Shown: positions 56,590-64,000 of the stretch, in pieces
Position numbering within the stretch: position 1 is the stretch's first letter
Layout: each line of letters begins with the position of its first letter
Assembly (NCBI GenBank): GCA_963815195.1
Contig: CAWFGE010000005.1
Location: 1-64,000, forward strand
Length of the DNA stretch: 64,000 bases
From: an uncultured Planctomycetaceae bacterium
GTDB taxonomy: Bacteria; Planctomycetota; Planctomycetia; Planctomycetales; Planctomycetaceae
Direction of reading: 5' to 3'
Position numbers and translations under genes: made by a program
Notes under the pieces: generated by a model
The model's input: the letters and a program-made list of their open reading frames with translations, nothing else
Databases searched by the model: none
Told to the model about the DNA's origin: nothing

Positions 56590-57174
56590 ATGCAAGTCCC
56601 CCTCGAAATCAGTTTTCGCAACATGGAGCATTCCCCGGAACTCGAAGCCGATGTTCGCGAGAAGGCGGCCAAATTGGATGAGTTTTACGACCGCATCACG
56701 GCGTGCCGGGTCGTCGTTGAAGCTCCGCATCAACATCATCAGCAGGGCAACGTGTATCATGTGCGGGTTTATCTTTCGGTGCCGGAGCACGATATTACCG
56801 TGGACCGGGATCCGGGAGCCCATCACGCTCATGAAGACGTGCACGTGGCGATCCGCGATGCCTTCGACGCGGCCCGCAGGCAACTCCAGGACGTGGCCCG
56901 CAAGCTGCGAGGCGATACCAAGTCCCACGAAACGCCTGCGCACGGTCGGATTAAGGAAATCTTCCCGTCGGCGATCGATTCCGAAGAAGGCTACGGTTTC
57001 ATTACGGCTCCCGATGGCCGCGAAATCTATTTTAATGCCCACAGTCTGTTGGACGCAAAACTAACGGATCTGGCTCCCGAAACCGAAGTCCGTTTCGTGG
57101 AAGAGGCCGGGGAAAAAGGCCCGCAGGCGAGTTCGGTCCGCTTAATCGGCCAACATCATCACATTGTTGATTGA
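56590..57174 (+). CDS. HPF/RaiA ribosome-associated protein fused to a cold-shock domain
   Basis: LEISFRNMEHS, AIRDAFDAARRQL, GYGFI...IYF, GEKGPQA. Confidence 0.9.
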   Translation: MQVPLEISFRNMEHSPELEADVREKAAKLDEFYDRITACRVVVEAPHQHHQQGNVYHVRVYLSVPEHDITVDRDPGAHHAHEDVHVAIRDAFDAARRQLQDVARKLRGDTKSHETPAHGRIKEIFPSAIDSEEGYGFITAPDGREIYFNAHSLLDAKLTDLAPETEVRFVEEAGEKGPQASSVRLIGQHHHIVD

Positions 57175-57180
57175 TCGGCC

Positions 57181-57644
57181 ATGTCGCGTTTTAAGACATT
57201 GATCCTCGTGAAATCCTGCCATCACGGGAACACCGCGAGAGTTGCGGAGGCCTTGGCCGGGCCGCTGGAAGCGACCGTGATGGATGCCGACGAGGTTTCT
57301 CCCGACCGCATCGGGGAGTTCGATTTGATCGGATTCGGTTCGGGGATTTACTTCGGCATGTTTCATCCCGCGTTGAAGCGCTGCCTTCGGAACTTGCCCG
57401 CCGGCCAGACGCCGCGCCGAGCCTTTGTCTATTCCACCTCGGGGCTGCCGTTCCTGAGCCGGCTTTGGCACCTCCCGCTCAAACGCCGGTTGCGGAAGAA
57501 GGGATTTGAGGTGATCGGCGAGTTTCGGTGTGCGGGGTATGACACGTTCGGCCCGCTCGGGTGGATCGGCGGAATCCACCGTGGCCGGCCGAATGATCGT
57601 GATCTATCCCGCGCCGCGCATTCGCCCAAAGCCTGCGGCATTAA
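57181..57644 (+). CDS. Flavodoxin-family protein (frameshift near 57620)
   Basis: SCHHGNTARVAE, IGFGSGIYFG, GEFRCAGYD. Confidence 0.8.
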
Positions 57645-57726
57645 GTTTTGGAACGAGAAGGTACTTCTTGGCAATCAGGCCGTCGCGACGCGATTTTCCT
57701 CCAAGTCGGAGTCCAGTCATGGCGGA

Positions 57727-57969
57727 TCAGTCTTCCGTTTCGTATCGTCCTTCCAGCGCCTGCGTGCCGGGAACGTCGCTTTCTTCGCTGGAATCGAGTT
57801 CCGCTTGCAGGGCCTCCAGAGCCTCGGAGGCATCTTCGTAGGAATCGAAGGGACCGGGATCGATCACTGTCCCGCCGAGACGATGGGCCGCATCTTCCGC
57901 CGTCCCGGCCTGGGGATGTTCGGCGATTGTCCAACCGTCGTCCGTTTCGATGATGCAATACATAGGCAT
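57727..57969 (-). CDS. Small acidic hypothetical protein
   Basis: MPMYCIIETDDGWTI...DPGPFDSYEDA, purine-rich upstream sequence. Confidence 0.65.
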   Translation of the reverse strand: MPMYCIIETDDGWTIAEHPQAGTAEDAAHRLGGTVIDPGPFDSYEDASEALEALQAELDSSEESDVPGTQALEGRYETED

Positions 57970-58099
57970 GGCATTTTTCCTTCCAGTAAAAAAGAAAACC
58001 CCCGAAGCGAAAAAACGCAATCGGGGGCACTCATAGCCGTCAATTCCATCCACCCATCAGAGGTGGAACTCAACCCATCATATCCACGGACCAGACATT

Positions 58100-58975
58100 C
58101 GTCAAAAGCATTTACGAGGATTCTCAGTTCATTGTTGGAGCTTTCCAGTTCATCAATCGTACTCTGCCGATCCTCGCGGGAGGTGTTCAGTTCGTATTCC
58201 AACTGCTGGACCAATGCGGATTCCTCTTTTTCCCGGCCTCCGCTTCGGTGATGCCTTCGGTCGCCGGATCCGTTTTCCGGTCCCGAAAAGTCACCAGCAG
58301 CAGCCCGTCGGCCTCGCGGGATTCGCTGACGGGCTTGACGGTGATCAGGCACGGCACATACTTGCCGTCGCGCAGCACGCGGGCTGGGGCCTCGGCAACC
58401 GTTTCGCCGCGAAGGATTCGATGACACGCCGCTCGGACCTTGATGCGCAATCCCTGCCGGGCCATCACCGTCAGGTCCTTGGTTGGCTCGCCGGTGGGGA
58501 ACGCCAGATAATCCGACGTGGGACCCAAAAAAATACAGCACCTCATACTTGCGGTTGATGAGCACGGCCGCGGGCGCGTAGTCGGCCAGCAGCAGCTTCT
58601 GCGTCAACTCAGCGAGTCCCTGAGGGGAGCGAGGCGTCGGCTCAACGGTCGGAACCTGAAAGCGGCGTTCCTCGGTGGCAAGGATCGGAATATCGACCAG
58701 ATCCCGCCGCGTAGGCCCTAGCCGCCGGTAAATCCGCCATTTCTTGAAATCGCATCGAAGAGTTCGGCCCGGCCGCCGATCGACTCCGATAGTCCCAGAA
58801 ACAAGAAGCCTTCTTTGTTGAGGGCAAAATGAAACAGCGAGATGATCTTTTCCTGGAGCTCCCGTTCCAGATAGATGAGCGGATCTCTGCAACTGATGAG
58901 ATCGAGCTTGGAGAACGGGGCGTCGCTGATGATGTTCTGCGGAGCAAACACGACCGGCTCGCGGAGTTGCTTTCA
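58100..58975 (-). pseudogene. Decayed CheR methyltransferase/PAS fusion fragment
   Basis: FAPQNIISDAPFSKLDLISCR, FLGLSESIG, YAPAAVLIN and LEYELNTSRE..STIDELESSN spread over several frames; no N-terminus. Confidence 0.8.
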
Positions 58976-59338
58976 TCGTGCAGGAATTCCTTCCCGACGA
59001 ACAGGGCCTCGAAGCCGTGAAGCACTTCGCCGGCGGGACCGCCATCCCCGCGATCGTAATCATCGACCGGCACAACGGCCAGTTGTTCGAGCACCCAGAA
59101 TCCGGTAACGTGTTGGCTGTGCTTCAGGAACCCGTGCGGTATTCGGGCCTGCTCCCAATCATCCCGCTCGCCATCCCGCAGTTCCAAAGGCTGAAGTCTC
59201 TCCGCGAAAGTCTGAAACAACTCAACGAGGAACTCGGCACGGCTGAATCCGACGACCAAAGTTGAACCATTTCTCCGTTTCGCCGATCCCAGCGAAGCGG
59301 AAACTCGCGACGTTGCATTTGAGAGGACGAGATCGAAG

Positions 59339-60181
59339 TTGAGCGGCGTCTATTTTGCCTATGACGGTTCGATCCACGGTGACTGGGTGTCGCACTACGC
59401 GGTTCGGCTGGCAGCGGGGCACGCGGAGAAGATTTTGCATCTCGTGCATGTTGCCGAGGAACAGCCCGCCGAAGTGCCTTTTGAGAAAATCGATCGTATC
59501 CGCGGGGAATGCCGACGGTTGGACGTCAACTTGGAATGGCATGCTCCCTCGCCGAGGGCAACATGGCTTCAAACACTTTTCTCGGCGGTTGCCCGAGGCC
59601 CCGACAGCTATCTTGTGTGCGGCATGCGCAGCCGGGAACGCAAACGCGGATTGCTAAGCGGCAGTGTTGCCGAACAACTGCTGCGATCCCGGTACTGCCA
59701 TGTGCTCGCGATCCGCGTCGTTCAGCCGGGACTCCTCGGCCTGCCGAGACAGTTTTTGCTGCCCGTGTCGGGGCATCCGCGCGGGTTTCGTTCCGGGCTG
59801 CCCTTCCTCAAACTCTTTACGGGAGGGCTCTCGCAGTTACATCTCCTGCATGTCCAATTGGTCAGCCGTTGGCGGTTTCGGATGCTCTCGCACGATGCCG
59901 CGGAAAAACTGCAGCGGCCAGGCCAAGCCTATTGCGAGCGGATTAAACGAGAAATCCGCGATCAGATCCCTTGGGAACCGGGCCTCCTCGATGCCCAAGT
60001 CGTCGTTTCGGACGACATACCCAAGGAGATTATCATTGCGGCGAACAAGACGAAATCGCGGCTGATCTACATGGGCGCATCGGAGCGGAATCTGACCAAG
60101 CGGTTCTTCTTCGGGAATCCCATCGAGCAAGTGCTTCGCAAGACGACATGCGATGTGGCGGTTTATCGGGGGCTCGAATGA
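59339..60181 (+). CDS. Tandem-domain universal stress protein
   Basis: AYDGS, LSGSVAEQLL, FGNPIEQVLRKTTCDV. Confidence 0.85.
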   Translation: MSGVYFAYDGSIHGDWVSHYAVRLAAGHAEKILHLVHVAEEQPAEVPFEKIDRIRGECRRLDVNLEWHAPSPRATWLQTLFSAVARGPDSYLVCGMRSRERKRGLLSGSVAEQLLRSRYCHVLAIRVVQPGLLGLPRQFLLPVSGHPRGFRSGLPFLKLFTGGLSQLHLLHVQLVSRWRFRMLSHDAAEKLQRPGQAYCERIKREIRDQIPWEPGLLDAQVVVSDDIPKEIIIAANKTKSRLIYMGASERNLTKRFFFGNPIEQVLRKTTCDVAVYRGLE

Positions 60182-62919
60182 CGGCCGCGCCGGGACAGAT
60201 TCACGAAGTCGCCGCCGAGGACGTTTTCGACCTGCTCCGCAGCCGGAAATCGGGACTGACAGACGAGGAGGCGGCGGCCCGCCGTCGCGAGGTCGGTTTG
60301 AATGAATTGGAGCCTCCCTCGCCGTTGCGCTGGGCTAAAGTGCTGGTCAAGCATTTGGTCAACTTTTTCAGCATCCTATTGGACATTGCGGCCATTGCCT
60401 GTTTTATCGCCGAGACGATTCAGCCCGGCGAGGGCATGGGAGTCTTGGGCTGGACACTGTCGACGGTCTCCGTTCTGAATGCCCTGTTTGCGTTTGCTCA
60501 GGAAATTCGGGCCGAGCGGGCGATGGAGGAACTTGGCAAATTCCTGCCTCGAATGGTTCGCGTCCGGCGGGCCCGTCGTGAACGGAAGATTTCCGTCGAT
60601 CAATTGGTGCCCGGCGATGTGGTGCTGCTCTCTGAAGGCGACCGCATTCCGGCCGATACCCGTGTGGTGGATTCAGAAGACCTGTTGGCCAACAATGCTC
60701 CGCTGACGGGAGAATCTCGCTCTCAGCCTCTGGTCAGCACAGCCGCCAAAGGCCGATTGGTGGACAGCCCCAACATCGCATTTGCCGGCTGCTCCGTACT
60801 CAGGGGTAGCGGGACCGCCGTGGTCTTCGCGACGGGACTCCGCACAGAGTTCGGCAAGATCGCGGCCCTGTCCCATGATGTGCGCCGCCCGCCTTCGCCC
60901 ATAGAGCGGGAAACGACCCGCATGATCCGCGTGCTGACGGGGATTGCCGTCGTGATGGGTGTTTTGTTCTTTGCCTATGGCGTAGCAACGGGCCGCTCGT
61001 TGTGGGTCAACATCGTCTTCATGCTCGGGATCATTGTTGCCAACGTCCCCGAGGGCCTTTTGCCCACATTTACCTTGGCGCTCTCGATGGCGAGCCTGCG
61101 AATGGCCAGAAAACAGGTGCTGGTGAAAAGCCTCGATGCCGTGGAGGCGTTGGGCGCGGTGCATGTGATTTGTACGGACAAGACAGGAACGCTGACAAAA
61201 AACGAACTCGCGATCGCGGGGATCGTGGCTCCCCTTTCCGGAGAACGCTTGATTGAATCAGAACAGTTGCGAGCGTTTCTCAAAGCCGCTGTGGTCGCGT
61301 CGGAAGTCCGCAAGACGGCGGAATCCCCTTCACGAGCCGAAGCTTTACCGCATGGAGGCCGCCGGTCGCGCTGGTCGGGCGATCCGTTGGATGTCGCGGT
61401 GGTGGAGCGCTATGTCGAGCTATTCGGAGAACCGACAAACCTTTTGGCCAAGACGCAGCGTCACTACCCCTTCGACTTGCAGAAACGGCGAGAAGCCGGC
61501 CTTTATGCCGGCGAGGGCGACATTCTGTTTTGCGTCAAAGGAGCCTGGGAATCGCTGCGAGCGCTGATTGCGTTTGTCGAAACACCGGCGGGAGGTGAAA
61601 TCGTACCGGCGGACTTTCATGTGCTGGCAAATTGTGACAATGTCGTCCATCAATTATCCTCTCGCGGGGAGCGCGTGATCGCGGTCGCCTGCCGCAAATT
61701 CGAGGCCATGCCCGGAACAGCCCTCAAGGAAGACTCGCTGGAACAGGCATTGGTGCTTAAAGGGTTTCTGGCCTTTGACGATCCCATCCGCGAGGAAGTT
61801 CCTGCCGCCGTCGGCCGTTGCCGCGCGGCCGGCGTCCGGATCATGCTGATCACAGGGGACCATCCGGTCACGGCCGACGCCGTCGCGCGGAAATGCGGGG
61901 TCCTCACGGAAGACGAATCGACGGAAAACCAAATTCTGCTTGGCGCGGAACTGGACAGCCTGGATGAAGCCCAATTGGTCGAGCGACTTCAATCCGGGAC
62001 CACGGTTTTCGCGCGGACCACCCCTGAGCAGAAAATGAAAATTGTGTCCGCTTTGAAACGTTTGGGACATGTTGTGGCGATGACCGGCGACGGCGTCAAT
62101 GATGCCCCCGCGCTGAAAGCGGCGGACGTGGGAGTCGCGATGGGAGTGAGCGGCACCGATGTGGCCCGCGAAGCCGCCGATATTGTTCTGCTGGACGATA
62201 ACTTTGCTTCGATCGTGGCCGGCATTGAAGAAGGCCGGGCCGTCTTCGCCAACATTCAAAAATTCACCACTTATGTGCTGACCAGCAACATTCCGGAGAT
62301 CGTGCCGTTTCTTTTGTACGTCATGTTGCCTATTCCTTTGGCGCTGACGGTGATTCAGATTCTGTCCGTTGATCTGGGGACCGACCTGCTGCCCGCCATC
62401 GGGTTAGGCCAGGAACCTCCAGAACGCGATGTCATGTCCAGGCCTCCTCGCCGGGCCAACGAACGGCTGCTCTCCGCTCGGGTGATGGCGACGGCCTATC
62501 TGTTTCTCGGCCTGATTCAAGCGGGATGGTCCCTGTTCCTGTATTTTGTGGTACTCTTTCAGGGAGGCTGGGTCTGGGGGCAAGATCTGCCGGAGAACAG
62601 TCCGCTCTACCGCTCGGCCACGGGCATTACCTTGGCGAGTGTTGTGCTGATGCAGATCGGCAATGTCGTTGGCCGACGTTCGCTCGCGTTTTCAGGCCTC
62701 GATGCCGGGTTAATTCGGAACAAACTGATTCTGCTAGGGGTCGCCGTTGAAATCGCGTTCTCCTGGGCCATCCTTTATTTCCCGCCGCTGCAAGGATTTC
62801 TAAAAACCGGCCCGGTGGCCTGGCAGATCTATGCCCTGGCCTGGCTGGGAATTCCATTGCTGTTCCTCGTCGATTTTGCACGGAAGAAAGCCATGAGATT
62901 CACGGAAGGTATGAAATAG
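60178..62919 (+). CDS. Cation-transporting P-type ATPase (P2C-like)
   Basis: TGES, VANVPEGL, DKTGTLT, TGDGVND, SNIPEI, DLGTD; ATGA-coupled to the USP gene. Confidence 0.93.
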   Translation: MTAAPGQIHEVAAEDVFDLLRSRKSGLTDEEAAARRREVGLNELEPPSPLRWAKVLVKHLVNFFSILLDIAAIACFIAETIQPGEGMGVLGWTLSTVSVLNALFAFAQEIRAERAMEELGKFLPRMVRVRRARRERKISVDQLVPGDVVLLSEGDRIPADTRVVDSEDLLANNAPLTGESRSQPLVSTAAKGRLVDSPNIAFAGCSVLRGSGTAVVFATGLRTEFGKIAALSHDVRRPPSPIERETTRMIRVLTGIAVVMGVLFFAYGVATGRSLWVNIVFMLGIIVANVPEGLLPTFTLALSMASLRMARKQVLVKSLDAVEALGAVHVICTDKTGTLTKNELAIAGIVAPLSGERLIESEQLRAFLKAAVVASEVRKTAESPSRAEALPHGGRRSRWSGDPLDVAVVERYVELFGEPTNLLAKTQRHYPFDLQKRREAGLYAGEGDILFCVKGAWESLRALIAFVETPAGGEIVPADFHVLANCDNVVHQLSSRGERVIAVACRKFEAMPGTALKEDSLEQALVLKGFLAFDDPIREEVPAAVGRCRAAGVRIMLITGDHPVTADAVARKCGVLTEDESTENQILLGAELDSLDEAQLVERLQSGTTVFARTTPEQKMKIVSALKRLGHVVAMTGDGVNDAPALKAADVGVAMGVSGTDVAREAADIVLLDDNFASIVAGIEEGRAVFANIQKFTTYVLTSNIPEIVPFLLYVMLPIPLALTVIQILSVDLGTDLLPAIGLGQEPPERDVMSRPPRRANERLLSARVMATAYLFLGLIQAGWSLFLYFVVLFQGGWVWGQDLPENSPLYRSATGITLASVVLMQIGNVVGRRSLAFSGLDAGLIRNKLILLGVAVEIAFSWAILYFPPLQGFLKTGPVAWQIYALAWLGIPLLFLVDFARKKAMRFTEGMK

Positions 62920-63177
62920 AATCCGCCTGGTTTGCTACAATATTGCAGCCGTCGTTTCAGATGATGTCAGGGGGCGGGCGGTATCGCCCTAGATGTTTAT
63001 TTCGTAAGTTTCTCGGCAGCTTTATTAGCCCGAAGCGCCAGCGGGTAGTCTGGCATGGAACTCAACTTAGCCAACCCTCAATCCCGCGCGAACCGGCTCA
63101 TCACCTATCACCCATTTCGGAATGCGGCCGCAATCGAATCGCGCTCAGGGGATTAGATAAAAGAAAGACCCATCGGC

Positions 63178-64000
63178 ATGTTTGAACCGCTGGTGAATTG
63201 GTGGACGGAAACGGCGAATCCCTGGATCGACCGCGTTCTGCCGGACCGCGAGATCTTCGGCAACGGCGTCGAACGCTGGCTGACGGCGTTCGGGGTCCTG
63301 TTGGGATTGTGGCTTGTGCTCCGCATTCTCAAAGGGATCGTTCACCTGCCGCGCAAAAGCTGGCCGAGCGGTTCCAATCGCAATGGGCGCAGGCCGTCGC
63401 GGATCTGGCCGTGGCGACCAGGTGGTGGTTTATCCTGGGCCTGGCGGTTTATCTGTCATCGCTGATTCTGGCGCTCGATGCCCGCGCGATCGCCGCCGTG
63501 CGCTCGCTGGCCGCGATCGTGCTGATCCTGCAGGCGGCGATTTGGGGCAACGTGCTGATCGCCTTCGGGATCACCTGGTATGCCAAGGACAACCGCATCG
63601 AAGACGCGGCCAGCGTGACCACGATGAGCGCCCTCGCGTTCCTCGCGAAACTCGTCCTGTGGACCATCGCGTTTCTGTTGGTGCTCGACAACATGGGCGT
63701 GGATGTCACCGCGCTCATCGCCGGCTTGGGCGTGGGCGGCATCGCGGTGGCGCTCGCGGCCCAGAACGTCCTGGGCGACCTGTTCGCCTCGCTGTCCATC
63801 GTGTTGGACAAGCCCTTCGTGCTCGGCGACTTTATTGTCGTCGGCGACTACATGGGCACCGTGGAGCACATCGGCCTCAAGACGACCCGCGTCCGCAGCC
63901 TCTCCGGGGAGCAGTTGGTGATTCCCAATCACGACCTCCTCACCAGCCGAATTCGAAATTACAAGCTCATGCAGGAACGGCGGGTCGTGTTCGGCATCGG
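63178..64000 (+). CDS. MscS-family mechanosensitive channel (frameshift near 63350; runs off the window)
   Basis: LIAGLGVGGIAVALAAQN, DKPFVLGD, GTVEHIGLKTTR, IPNHDL in the second frame. Confidence 0.88.

Noticed and set aside
58642..59265. Overlapping ORFs 58978-59265(+) and 58642-59259(-)
   Set aside because: No recognisable motif and the strand cannot be decided.

Overview
GC-rich bacterial chromosome segment, almost certainly from a planctomycete (PVC-signature small basic protein, PVC-type heme CxxCH protein, LENRTLLS extracellular motif). In order: a ~4.9 kb satellite-like element integrated at the 3' end of a tRNA-Val gene; M28 peptidase and purU; a flagellar cluster flgFGAHIJNKL; a GH3 gene, sbp, thiL, rpoN, recR-ybaB-dnaX-ffs and aroC; an 11-gene tRNA array; esterase, trans-sulfuration, lyase, heme-protein, kinase and pfk genes; a ~9.8 kb RTX-type surface protein gene; and a stress/transport block (HPF-CSD, flavodoxin, CheR remnant, USP, P-type ATPase, MscS). 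The most notable observations are: (1) the tRNA array sits behind a leader-peptide/terminator/antiterminator arrangement and contains an unidentified 140-nt structured RNA; (2) the island integrase has no stop codon before the att site and would gain a 62-aa C-terminus only in the excised circle; (3) an A10 slippery run lies in dnaX at the expected gamma/tau boundary; (4) a switchable terminator lies just upstream of the RTX gene. About a dozen single-indel frameshifts, including one in rpoN, look like sequencing or assembly errors. All calls are made by eye from motifs, with no database searches.
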